A stretch of 36,684 nt of DNA from Lachnospiraceae bacterium (GCA_016286115.1 JAEESA010000001.1:1-36684), one strand, 5' to 3'. Shown: positions 17,196-25,664, counted from the stretch's first letter. The notes: generated by a model not told the origin, from the letters alone. Program-made: numbers and translations.

Positions 17196-18317
17196 ATGGT
17201 AGAAGTACGTGAAGCGGTGACGCCAAGAGACAGGAAGCTTTTCGCCGCATACAATACAGACACATATCTGAATGATCCGGGATCGGTTCCGGATATCATT
17301 CAGGATGAACTCGATACATTTAATCCGAAAAAAAATCCCGCATTCAAATACTGCAAAGCGGTGTGGTTTCTGGCCTGGCGCGACGGAAAGGTCGTCGGCC
17401 GGATCGGCGGCATCATCAACTACCAGGCGAATGAGAAATGGGATGTCAAGGCCTGCCGCATGACGCGCATCGATTTCATCGACGACGAGGAGGTCTCCAA
17501 AGCTCTTCTCGAAACGATCGAATCCTGGGCCAGGTCCGAAGGGATGGAGCGCGTGATCGGCCCCATCGGTTTTAATGATATTGACCAGGAGGGAATGCAG
17601 ATCTTCGGCTTTGACCGGCCGGGTCCCTTCTTTACGATCTATAATCCGCAGTACTATCCGGCGCACATGGAAAAAGCGGGCTACGAAAAGGACGTGGACT
17701 GGGTCGAATACCGGATCACGATCCCCGAAGAACCGGATCCGCGGATCCATAAGCTGGCGAAAAAGATCCTTGCGAAACAAGGCTATACGCTTTTCGCGCC
17801 AAAGAACACAGCAGCGCTCCGCGCGCATATCGTGGAGCTTTTCGACTGCATCAACCATGCGTTTGCGAGCCTTTACGGGACCTCGGAAATGGACAGGGAG
17901 ATGGTCGAAAAATACTGCCGCCAGTACCTGACCCTTTTGAACCCCGAATTCGTAAAAGGGATCTTAAATGCAGAAAACAGGCTGGTCGCCTTCGGAATGA
18001 CGCTGCCGGCTTTGAACCAGGCGCTGAAGAAATGCCGGGGAAGGCTTCTTCCTTTCGGTTGGTATGACATCATGAAAGCCACGAAAAGCCGCGGCGAGGT
18101 GCTGGACCTCATCATCATCGCCGTGGAGCCGGAGCTGCAGTCCCTTGGGCTGCCCGCGGTCATCATGGATGCGATGACGCGCACCGCGATCAAGTACGGG
18201 TTCCGTTATGCGGAAACAGGGCCCGAACTGGAATATAACACAAAGATCCAGAAACTCTGGAAGTTCTATGAAGTGGAACAACATAAAAAGAGAAGAAGCT
18301 GGAAGAAAATATTGTGA
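17196..18317 (+). CDS. Uncharacterised protein of about 373 aa, probably GNAT-fold acyltransferase-like
   Basis: ORF 17061..18317. The ATG at 17196 lies 2 nt after the degV stop, with AAAGGAAG upstream, so the first 45 codons of the ORF overlap degV and are rejected. VVGRIGGIIN...RIDFIDD...LLETIESWARSEGMERVIGPIGF looks like a GNAT core. I cannot name a family. Confidence 0.55.
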   Translation: MVEVREAVTPRDRKLFAAYNTDTYLNDPGSVPDIIQDELDTFNPKKNPAFKYCKAVWFLAWRDGKVVGRIGGIINYQANEKWDVKACRMTRIDFIDDEEVSKALLETIESWARSEGMERVIGPIGFNDIDQEGMQIFGFDRPGPFFTIYNPQYYPAHMEKAGYEKDVDWVEYRITIPEEPDPRIHKLAKKILAKQGYTLFAPKNTAALRAHIVELFDCINHAFASLYGTSEMDREMVEKYCRQYLTLLNPEFVKGILNAENRLVAFGMTLPALNQALKKCRGRLLPFGWYDIMKATKSRGEVLDLIIIAVEPELQSLGLPAVIMDAMTRTAIKYGFRYAETGPELEYNTKIQKLWKFYEVEQHKKRRSWKKIL

Positions 18318-19792
18318 AACGTAAAAGCTTTATCCGCTTTACGGCTGTGCTCCTCGGTCTGACAACGCTGTCCGGTGCTTGCGGACAGGCCAATCCCGTT
18401 AAGGATACAGAGATCACGGGATCAGAGGTTACGGAAGCTGTTTCGGAAGCATATCTTCCCGAGACGGAAGAAATTCCCACAGAAACATTGGCCGAAGAGC
18501 CCGTAGAAGATACAGCGACAGAAGAAGCGGAAACAGAATCAGAGAACGGGGAAGAGCTTTCCCCGGTATTGGGAGATGAGCAGTTTGATGCTTACCTCCC
18601 TCTTCTTTATGGGAAAAAAGTTGCGATCCTTACGAACCAGACCGGAATTGTCGGGGAGGAAGCCTCCTTTACGGTAGATGATCCGTATAATGACGAGGAC
18701 AGCCTGATCCGTTTCGGAAAAGACAGGGACGGGAACCCGATCACGTATGGCGAGCATATTCTGGACGCGCTTTTAGACAGAGGTGTGGATGTGACTGCGG
18801 TTTTCAGCCCGGAGCACGGGTTTAGAGGGTCTGCCGACGCGGGTGAGTCGGTAGGAAATGATGTTGATGAAAAGACGGGTGTGCCGCTGATCTCCCTTTA
18901 TTCGAACGGCCAGACAAGGGAACCCGAAAGCGCCGACATGGAGCGCTTTGATACGGTCGTCGTGGACATGCAGGACGTGGGGCTTCGGTATTTTACCTAC
19001 TACATCTCACTCCTTCACATGATGAACGCCTGCGCCGCGCACGGCAAGGAGATGGTGCTTTTAGACCGCCCGAACCCGAACGGTTTTTACGTGGACGGGC
19101 CGGTCCTGCGTGAAGAGTTTAAATCCGGCGTGGGCATGCTCCCCGTTCCGGTCGTTTACGGGATGACCTGGGGAGAACTTGCGCAGATGATCAACGGGGA
19201 AGGGTGGCTGAGAGAGGGCCGCCGGTGCAGCCTCACCGTGATCCCCTGCCAAAACTACACGCACCGGACGAAGATCGCGCTTTCGCACGAGCCTTCGCCG
19301 AACCTGAAGGACATGCACGCGATCTATCTGTATCCTTCGACCTGCTACTTTGAAAATACGGTCGTCTCCGTCGGCCGCGGAACGGAATACCCCTTTAATG
19401 TTTATGGCAGTCCGTACTTCGAAGGGCATAGCGAATACGGGTATTCTTTCACGCCGCAGAGCATGCTGGGAGCGAGCGAACCGCCCTTCGAGGGTACGAC
19501 CTGTTATGGAAAGGATCTGCGCACAAAACCGCTGCAGGACATCTTTGACGAACAGATCAACCTGACTTATCTTATCGATGCCTATCACGCCTTTCAGGCG
19601 TTGAACACGGGTGAGTCCTTCTTCGGCAAGGGAAGTAATGATCGTTTCTTTGTTGACCTGCTCTTCGGGACGGATTCGGTCCGCAAAATGATCGAGGAAG
19701 GCCGTACCTCCGATGAGATCAAAGCCTCCTGGCAGGACGAGCTCCGCGCCTTCTTAGACCGGCGCCGCCCATACCTGCTTTACGAAGAGTAA
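18314..19792 (+). CDS. namZ: DUF1343 / NamZ-family exo-beta-N-acetylmuramidase, probable lipoprotein with an acidic linker
   Basis: The GTG overlaps the upstream stop (GTGA). Signal peptide MKRKSFIRFTAVLLGLTTLSGAC. Blocks GKKVAILTNQTGIV, VFSPEHGFRG, VVDMQDVGLRYFTYY and LDRPNPNG are typical of DUF1343 (B. subtilis YbbC/NamZ). Confidence 0.85.
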   Translation: MKRKSFIRFTAVLLGLTTLSGACGQANPVKDTEITGSEVTEAVSEAYLPETEEIPTETLAEEPVEDTATEEAETESENGEELSPVLGDEQFDAYLPLLYGKKVAILTNQTGIVGEEASFTVDDPYNDEDSLIRFGKDRDGNPITYGEHILDALLDRGVDVTAVFSPEHGFRGSADAGESVGNDVDEKTGVPLISLYSNGQTREPESADMERFDTVVVDMQDVGLRYFTYYISLLHMMNACAAHGKEMVLLDRPNPNGFYVDGPVLREEFKSGVGMLPVPVVYGMTWGELAQMINGEGWLREGRRCSLTVIPCQNYTHRTKIALSHEPSPNLKDMHAIYLYPSTCYFENTVVSVGRGTEYPFNVYGSPYFEGHSEYGYSFTPQSMLGASEPPFEGTTCYGKDLRTKPLQDIFDEQINLTYLIDAYHAFQALNTGESFFGKGSNDRFFVDLLFGTDSVRKMIEEGRTSDEIKASWQDELRAFLDRRRPYLLYEE

Positions 19793-19797
19793 ATAAT

Positions 19798-19820
19798 ACG
19801 GGCCTGCCGGGCAGGCCCGT
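19798..19820. terminator. Bidirectional terminator between convergent namZ and the GH13 gene
   Basis: ACGGGCCTGC (19798-19807) pairs with GCAGGCCCGT (19811-19820). T-rich sequence follows on the + strand (GCTTTATTT) and an A/T-rich tail follows on the - strand. Confidence 0.7.
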
Positions 19821-19823
19821 GCT

Positions 19824-21491
19824 TTATTTAACCACCACCCCCTGGTACGCCTGCAGCGTCACGCTTCCGTTTTCGAGTACCGCGGAATCCAGGTTGTCGA
19901 GAAGGATCTCTGTGACTCCTTCGGGGAGCTTTACCGTGCGGGGCGTGGAGGAGTAGTTTGCGAGGACATAGATCTTTTTACCTTCGTATTCACGGACATA
20001 AGCGAAAAGATCCTTTTCCTCAGGCAGATAGGGCGTGAAGGTACCGTAAACGAAGACGTCCTTGACGGCAGGGTCTTTGCGCAGGCGCGTAAGTTTTTTG
20101 TAGAAGTTGAAGACGGACGAAGGGTCGTTGGCCTCGGCTTCGAGGTTGATCTCTTTGTAGTTCGGGTTGACATGAAGCCAGGGCGTGCCGGTCGTGAAGC
20201 CGGCGTTTTTTGCGCTGCTCCACTGGAAAGGCGTGCGGGCGTTATCGCGCCCGTGTTTTTCGATGAGGTCGAGGGCCTCGCGTTCAGACAGCCCGTGTTC
20301 GATCGACGTCTTGAAAGAATCCAGCGAGGAGATGTCGTCCACCTCGTCGATCGAATTCAGTTTCAGATTCTCCATGCCGAGCTCCTGCCCCTGATAGATC
20401 CAGGGAAGGCCGCGGAGGAGGAAGTAGGTCATCGCGAGGAGCTTCTTGCCGGCGGGAGTGCGCGCTTCTGCGGGAAGGTAACGGCTGACGCCGCGCGGCT
20501 CGTCATGGTTTTCAATGATGTTGGAGAGAAAACCGATCCCGGAGACCCGCTTTTGGGTCGCGAAAATACAGTCCTTATAGTCTTCCGGCGTGATATCCGT
20601 GAAGGTGTGCCAGCCGAGCTGGGTCTGGCCGAAGACGGTGCCGGAGAAGTCAAACATAGAGCAGAAATAGCCGTTTTCTCCGATGAAATCCGGCAGCTCT
20701 TCATCTTTTTCATTGAACACTTCCCCGACCGTAAACGCTCCATAGGGCGCAAAGGCTTCGTCGCGGAGTTCGCCGAGAAAATCCCCGACACCGTGGGCTT
20801 CGTGCAGCTCATTATGGATCGAGCAAAGGCCGTCGGGACGGTCGGCGGGATAGTCCTTGAAGGGCAGGGCCTTTTTGATATTGATGATCGCATCGAGCCG
20901 GAAGCCGTCGAGCCCGCGCTTCATCCACCAGGAGACCATGTCGTAGATCTCACGCCTGAGTTCGGGATTCTCCCAGTTTAAGTCGGGCTGTTTCTTGTGG
21001 AAGACATGGAGATAGTAGAGGTCCGGATGGCCGGGAAGCGGCTCCCAGACCGGCCCGCCGAAGTACGCCCGCCAGTTGCAGGGAAGATGTTCTGCGTCCG
21101 CTTTTTCGATATAGAAATACTTCCCGTATTTTCCGTACGGATCCTTAATGGCCTCCTGAAACCACTGATGCTCGTCGGAGCAATGGTTGACGACGAGATC
21201 CATCAATACATACATTTCCCGCGCGTGCGCTTCCTTCAGAAGCGTATCCATTTCCTCCAAAGTTCCGAACTTTGGGTCGATATTCTGATAATCGCTGATG
21301 TCATAACCCTGATCCGCGAAAGGGGAGGGGTAGATCGGAGAGAGCCATAAGATGTCCACTCCGAGATCCTTTAAATAATCCAGTTTACTGATAATACCGG
21401 CGAGATCGCCGATCCCGTCGCCGTTTCCGTCACAAAAGCTTTTTGGATAGATCTGATAACAGATCTTGTCATGCCACCACTTTCTTTCCAT
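19824..21491 (-). CDS. GH13 alpha-glucosidase / oligo-1,6-glucosidase type enzyme, cytoplasmic
   Basis: ORF 19824..21497. The ATG at 21491 (MERKWWHD) lies 8 nt after AGGAGG. Blocks: YQIYPKSFCDGNGDGIGDL, VDILWLSPIYPSP, DLVVNHCSDEH, GFRLDAI (nucleophile Asp), VGEVF (acid/base Glu) and ENHDEPR. Confidence 0.9.
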   Translation of the reverse strand: MERKWWHDKICYQIYPKSFCDGNGDGIGDLAGIISKLDYLKDLGVDILWLSPIYPSPFADQGYDISDYQNIDPKFGTLEEMDTLLKEAHAREMYVLMDLVVNHCSDEHQWFQEAIKDPYGKYGKYFYIEKADAEHLPCNWRAYFGGPVWEPLPGHPDLYYLHVFHKKQPDLNWENPELRREIYDMVSWWMKRGLDGFRLDAIINIKKALPFKDYPADRPDGLCSIHNELHEAHGVGDFLGELRDEAFAPYGAFTVGEVFNEKDEELPDFIGENGYFCSMFDFSGTVFGQTQLGWHTFTDITPEDYKDCIFATQKRVSGIGFLSNIIENHDEPRGVSRYLPAEARTPAGKKLLAMTYFLLRGLPWIYQGQELGMENLKLNSIDEVDDISSLDSFKTSIEHGLSEREALDLIEKHGRDNARTPFQWSSAKNAGFTTGTPWLHVNPNYKEINLEAEANDPSSVFNFYKKLTRLRKDPAVKDVFVYGTFTPYLPEEKDLFAYVREYEGKKIYVLANYSSTPRTVKLPEGVTEILLDNLDSAVLENGSVTLQAYQGVVVK

Positions 21492-21574
21492 GATCATTTC
21501 CTCCTTTTATCCAATCTTTACAATAAAAGGCACTCGTTGTCAACCACCTTTTGCGCGTCAGATATAAAAAATGC

Positions 21575-21603
21575 TTGAATTTTCAAAATTGATTGTGTAT
21601 TAT
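21575..21603 (+). promoter_or_regulatory. Promoter candidate for the LacI-family gene, giving a leaderless mRNA
   Basis: TTGAAT (21575-21580), 17-nt spacer, TATTAT (21598-21603), 7 nt, then ATG (21611). There is no SD before the ATG. Confidence 0.45.
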
Positions 21604-21610
21604 TACTCTC

Positions 21611-22642
21611 ATGGTAACGATTAAAGAAATTGCAAGACATTTGAATATGAGCACAACGACCGTCTCCAACGTGATCCACGGGAAGACGGGAGAGGTTTCG
21701 CCGGAGACGCAGCAGAAGGTTCGGAATTATCTAGAAGAGGTAGGGTATGTGCCGAATATCAATGCGCGCAACCTCGCGGCCAATCATTCCAATATCATCG
21801 GCGTGGTGATCAAGACGAGAGAAGACCATTATATGCACATCCTGAGCGAGCCCTTTGTATCCGAGATCCTCGGCGGCATTGAAGAGGTGGTACGCAAGAC
21901 AGGGTATTACATGATGCTCTATATATCGGATGACATGGCGGACATCTTAGACAAGGTTGCCGCATGGAATACGGACGGATTGCTTTTGTTCTGGATGCTG
22001 GATGACGATGCGCTGCGCGTGTATAAGCGTTTTCGGAAACCTGTGGTCTGCGTCGATACCTATATCAGTGAAGAGACCAGGTCGCAGTTTGAGAACTCGT
22101 TTGTGAATATCGGCCTGGAGGATGAGGCGGGGACGTATGAAGCCGTGTCTTATCTCATTAAAACGGGCCATCGCAAGATCGGTTTCCTTTCCGATAACCA
22201 TGAGGGCGTGGACTTAGTCCGCTTCAAAGGGTACCGGAGGGCCCTCGCAGACGCCGGGATTGGGTACAGCAGCAAGGACTTCTTTGAGCTCCGCTCCACA
22301 AAGGAAGAGATCGAGCAAAGTATGAAGAAGATGGCGGAGAAGGCGAAGAAGTATGAAGCCGTGTTCTGTTGCTCGGATGTATACGCCAGCATGCTGATCA
22401 ATGCCTGCGAACGGAAAGGGATCCTCGTGCCGGACGACCTCTCGGTGGTCGGCTTTGACGATACCTTCCCCTCGCGCCTCTCGCGGCCTTCGATCACGAC
22501 GATCCATCAGGACATTACGGGAAAAGGGAGGCTGGCGATCGAGCTGCTGTTCAAGATGATCCGCGGGGAGAAGCCCGAAACCGACCAGATCATTATGAAA
22601 CCGGAGCTTTTGATCCGGGAGAGTGTGAAGAAGAGAAAATAA
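21611..22642 (+). CDS. LacI/GalR-family transcriptional repressor
   Basis: ORF 21593..22642 (TTG); the ATG at 21611 is preferred. The N-terminal HTH reads VTIKEIARHLNMSTTTVSNVIHGK, followed by a periplasmic-binding-protein-like sugar-binding fold (GFLSDN..., VVGFDD). Confidence 0.9.
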   Translation: MVTIKEIARHLNMSTTTVSNVIHGKTGEVSPETQQKVRNYLEEVGYVPNINARNLAANHSNIIGVVIKTREDHYMHILSEPFVSEILGGIEEVVRKTGYYMMLYISDDMADILDKVAAWNTDGLLLFWMLDDDALRVYKRFRKPVVCVDTYISEETRSQFENSFVNIGLEDEAGTYEAVSYLIKTGHRKIGFLSDNHEGVDLVRFKGYRRALADAGIGYSSKDFFELRSTKEEIEQSMKKMAEKAKKYEAVFCCSDVYASMLINACERKGILVPDDLSVVGFDDTFPSRLSRPSITTIHQDITGKGRLAIELLFKMIRGEKPETDQIIMKPELLIRESVKKRK

Positions 22643-22655
22643 AAGATAACATATC

Positions 22656-22683
22656 GGACCGCGGCCGCCGCGGTCCTTCTTTA
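22656..22683 (+). terminator. Intrinsic terminator of the LacI-family gene
   Basis: GGACCGCGG (22656-22664) pairs with CCGCGGTCC (22668-22676) across a 3-nt loop, followed by TTCTTTA. Confidence 0.7.
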
Positions 22684-22684
22684 T

Positions 22685-22794
22685 GCGCAGGGCGGCGATC
22701 GGAGGCATTTCGGCTTACGCCGAACGCCGCCCGCGCACGATCCGTGCGGATAAATCCCCCCGGATCGATTACAGGGCAGGGCGGCGTTCGGCGC
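22685..22794 (+). other. GC-rich multi-hairpin intergenic element
   Basis: Nested hairpin: GCGC (22685-22688) with GCGC (22733-22736); GGGCGGCG (22690-22697) with CGCCGCCC (22725-22732); inner TTCGGC-TTAC-GCCGAA (22709-22724). Segment 22719-22732 is also perfectly complementary to 22779-22792. Confidence 0.4.
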
Positions 22795-22857
22795 AGGCTG
22801 GTACCGGATCGTAAATATTGCACAAAGGAGAACCCGGTGGACTTGTACAAAATGAAC

Positions 22858-22884
22858 GAAGATGCTCCGACATCTTCTTTTTTT
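22858..22884 (+). terminator. Intrinsic terminator closing the GC-rich spacer
   Basis: GAAGATG (22858-22864) pairs with CATCTTC (22871-22877) across a 6-nt loop, followed by seven T (22878-22884). Confidence 0.6.
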
Positions 22885-22895
22885 GAAAAAAGGGC

Positions 22896-22923
22896 TTGCA
22901 ATTTTTATTTCCTGTGGTAAACT
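22896..22923 (+). promoter_or_regulatory. Promoter candidate of the sugar ABC operon
   Basis: TTGCAA (22896-22901), 16-nt spacer, TAAACT (22918-22923), with a TG at 22915-22916 forming an extended -10. Confidence 0.5.
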
Positions 22924-22931
22924 TAGTCTCA

Positions 22932-22950
22932 ACTTAAACGCATAAGTTAC
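22932..22950 (+). promoter_or_regulatory. Operator candidate O1 (palindrome ACTTA-N6-TAAGT with a central CG)
   Basis: ACTTAAACGCATAAGTTAC. In the 16-mer core, 12 of 16 positions are self-complementary with a central CpG, as in LacI-family operators. It lies just downstream of the -10 box. Confidence 0.4.
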
Positions 22951-22973
22951 AAAAACGAAAAGCTTACGAAATT

Positions 22974-22992
22974 ACTTATGCGATTAAGTTAC
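22974..22992 (+). promoter_or_regulatory. Operator candidate O2, second copy of the same palindrome
   Basis: ACTTATGCGATTAAGTTAC matches O1 at 15 of 19 positions and keeps the same ACTTA/TAAGT arms and central CG. Its centre is 42 bp from the centre of O1. Confidence 0.4.
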
Positions 22993-23020
22993 CAAGGAAA
23001 CAGACAGTTGATGTAGCTCG

Positions 23021-23053
23021 AAAGTAACGCAAAAGTAACTCGAAAGTAATAAC
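23021..23053 (+). repeat. Three tandem 11-nt units (AAAGTAAnnnn) in the 5' UTR of the ABC operon
   Basis: Units: AAAGTAACGCA (23021), AAAGTAACTCG (23032), AAAGTAATAAC (23043). CTCGAAAGTAA also occurs twice, at 23017 and 23039. Confidence 0.6.
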
Positions 23054-23080
23054 CAACCATTCAATACAAAGGAGGAACAA

Positions 23081-24433
23081 ATGAAAAAGAAAGCGTTAGC
23101 ACTTCTCATGACAAGCGTTATGGCAGTAGGAATGGCAGCCTGCGGCAACAACGGCGGGGCAGCAGCAAGCTCCAACACAGACGCGGCAGCTACCACATCC
23201 AATGATGCACAGGCAACCGCAGATGCGGGCTCGACCGACACGGCAGCAGCTGACACGGCAAGCACCAACACCTCATCCGGCAACGGCGTACGCCTCTTAA
23301 ACGGCAAGCCCGAGATCGACGCACAGCTTCAGGATCTGGCAAAGAAGTACAACGAAGAAACCGGCAACACTCTTCTTGTAGAAACCATCGGTGGTGACAC
23401 AAGCGCATCCGATGAGCTGAAGAAAATGTATCAGGCAGACAACATGCCCGACATCTTCGTTATCGAAGCAAACCAGGCAGATACCTGGGATGGCATGCTG
23501 GTAGATATGACCGGTGAAAGCTGGACAGACAAGACCGGATTTGAACTGACCAACGCGAACATGGGAACGATCGGCTTCCCCTACACCGTAGAAGCAACTG
23601 CTCTTGCTTATAACGGAGACCTTCTTAAAAAGGCTGGCGTAGATCCTTCAAGCCTTACCTCTCCGGCAGCATGGCGTGAAGCTTGCGAAACGATCGATGC
23701 ACAGAAAGATGCTCTTGGCATTACCTCCGTATTCGGATGGTGCGCAGAGCCCGCAAACCTTGGCTGGTCTTCCGGTACTCACGTATTCGGACAGTATCTT
23801 GACTCCGGCCTGAAGGCTGACGACACGACTTACATCGACCTTCTGAACGACGGCGGCCAGATCGACGAAGCCAGAATGAAAGCATTTGCTGAGTTCGTTG
23901 GCATGATGAATGAATATTCCGATCCTGACCTCCTGGTCGACGGAACTTATGACAATCAGGTAAAGGGCTTTACCGATCAGAAATATGTGTTCATTACCCA
24001 GGGTAACTGGTGCGTGACTGAAGATACCGGTTTTGAATGCGGCTTTGCTCCGTATGCATTCGAAGATGGCTACAACACCATCATTGCTGGTCCTCCGTCA
24101 TACTGGGTGGCATACAAAGACGGTGATGTGGAAGGCGCAAAGGCATTCTTCAACTGGTGCGCAGGCGACTCCGCTCAGAAAATCCTTGTAAATGATGCAG
24201 GCCTTGTATCTCCGTTTGATGATTGCAAGTATGAAGCTGTGAACCCCTTCTACAAGAGCATGAAGAGCTATATCGATGCTGGAAACTATTCCGGATGGCA
24301 TACCATGTTAAAGAAAGCCGGTCTTGAGAATAAGACCTGCCAGGTATTCGCAGACTATGCACAGGGCAAGCTTGACGCGGATAGCTTCGTGAGCACGATC
24401 GCTTCGGTTATCAAGAGCTACTACGCCGAGTAA
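23081..24433 (+). CDS. Sugar ABC transporter substrate-binding lipoprotein (CUT1 / family 1 solute-binding protein)
   Basis: SD AAAGGAGGA. Signal peptide with lipobox MKKKALALLMTSVMAVGMAAC, then a Thr/Ala/Asn-rich linker. Size and position ahead of two MalFG-type permeases fit this call. Confidence 0.9.
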   Translation: MKKKALALLMTSVMAVGMAACGNNGGAAASSNTDAAATTSNDAQATADAGSTDTAAADTASTNTSSGNGVRLLNGKPEIDAQLQDLAKKYNEETGNTLLVETIGGDTSASDELKKMYQADNMPDIFVIEANQADTWDGMLVDMTGESWTDKTGFELTNANMGTIGFPYTVEATALAYNGDLLKKAGVDPSSLTSPAAWREACETIDAQKDALGITSVFGWCAEPANLGWSSGTHVFGQYLDSGLKADDTTYIDLLNDGGQIDEARMKAFAEFVGMMNEYSDPDLLVDGTYDNQVKGFTDQKYVFITQGNWCVTEDTGFECGFAPYAFEDGYNTIIAGPPSYWVAYKDGDVEGAKAFFNWCAGDSAQKILVNDAGLVSPFDDCKYEAVNPFYKSMKSYIDAGNYSGWHTMLKKAGLENKTCQVFADYAQGKLDADSFVSTIASVIKSYYAE

Positions 24434-24452
24434 GACTGAAAGAACGAAAATC

Positions 24453-24481
24453 GGGCAGGGATCCTAAATCCCTGCCCTTTC
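24453..24481 (+). terminator. Intra-operon hairpin after the binding-protein gene (partial terminator or mRNA stabiliser)
   Basis: GGGCAGGGA (24453-24461) pairs with TCCCTGCCC (24469-24477) across a 7-nt loop, followed by a short TTT. Confidence 0.6.
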
Positions 24482-24596
24482 GCGCACAAGAACCGCAAGA
24501 CTACAGGAACGTACAACAAAGGGCGGAGATGCGCGGGCGGGGCTTTAACCCCTGCCACATAAGTTGCTGTTGATTTATTAGAAAGGGGGTTACGTT

Positions 24597-25664
24597 ATGG
24601 CTGTGAATTCACCCAGCAGAAAGGTGATCTCGCTCGTCTGTCTTCTTGGCGGAACGGCGTTGATGGTCATCGCACTGATCCTGGACGCAATGAAATCGGA
24701 TGCTCCGTTTCGCGGCGCATTCCTTGTGATCGGGATCATCGCCATTTTGGCCGGGTTGTTTTTCTTCCCGACGATCAAACATCACAGAACCTTTGTTTAC
24801 GTTGTGTTCCTGTTCCCGCTGCTCTTTACCTTTGTGGTGACGGTGATCATTCCTCTGGTTCTTGGTATCGGATATTCGTTTACGGATTGGGACGGTATCC
24901 GGCTGACAAAATTTGTGGGCTTTGCAAACTACGGAAAAATGTTTACGCAGCCCAGCTTCATCTGGTCAATCCTTTTGACCGCGCTCTTTGTGGCATTTAA
25001 CATGGTTCTTGTCAATCTGGTGGCTTTCCTTCTCGCTTTGCTTTGCACCTCGAAACTGAGAGGCCTCGGATTTTTCAGAGCAGCTTACTTCCTGCCGAAC
25101 CTGATCGGCGGTATCGTTTTGGGTTATATCTGGCAGTTCATTTTTGCCAATGTGGTAACGAACCTGACCACGGCTCTTTTTGATAACCGCTATTCGATGC
25201 TCAGTGAATCCAAAACAGCGTTTATTGCCATCATCATCGTGTATATCTGGCAGTACGCAGGTTATATCATGCTGATCTATATCACCGGTCTGAACACTGT
25301 GCCCGGAGAAGTTCTGGAAGCCGCTTCCATCGACGGCGCCAGCCCGGCACAGACGCTGTTCAAGATCAAGATCCCGATGATCGCTCCGACGATCACGATC
25401 TGTACTTTCCTGACACTGACCTCGGCGTTCAAACAGTTCGACGTCAACCTGGCGTTGACCAACGGTACCGGTTCCATTGCGAACTTCTTCGGAGAATATC
25501 TGACAAACGGAACGGAAATGCTGGCGTTGAATATTTATAACACTGCCGTGATCAACGATAACTACTCGCTCGGTGAGGCGAAGGCCGTTCTGTTCTTCAT
25601 CATACTGGCTGTCGTTTCCATTGTGCAGGTACGGATCTCGAATAAAAAGGAGGTGGAATTATAA
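24597..25664 (+). CDS. Sugar ABC transporter permease (MalF-like), with an N-terminal extension of about 60 aa carrying two extra TM helices
   Basis: SD AAAGGGGG. The EAA loop reads EAASIDGASPAQTLFKIKIPMIAP. The protein is polytopic. Confidence 0.9.
   Translation: MAVNSPSRKVISLVCLLGGTALMVIALILDAMKSDAPFRGAFLVIGIIAILAGLFFFPTIKHHRTFVYVVFLFPLLFTFVVTVIIPLVLGIGYSFTDWDGIRLTKFVGFANYGKMFTQPSFIWSILLTALFVAFNMVLVNLVAFLLALLCTSKLRGLGFFRAAYFLPNLIGGIVLGYIWQFIFANVVTNLTTALFDNRYSMLSESKTAFIAIIIVYIWQYAGYIMLIYITGLNTVPGEVLEAASIDGASPAQTLFKIKIPMIAPTITICTFLTLTSAFKQFDVNLALTNGTGSIANFFGEYLTNGTEMLALNIYNTAVINDNYSLGEAKAVLFFIILAVVSIVQVRISNKKEVEL

Noticed and set aside
22683-22920. Small ORFs in the GC-rich spacer: a 43-aa Arg-rich ORF from the ATG at 22683, and a 27-aa ORF from the GTG at 22837 with AAAGGAG upstream.
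   Set aside because: The first starts inside the terminator tail, has no SD and is compositional junk. The second would run through a terminator and the ABC promoter. Neither is convincing as a gene.
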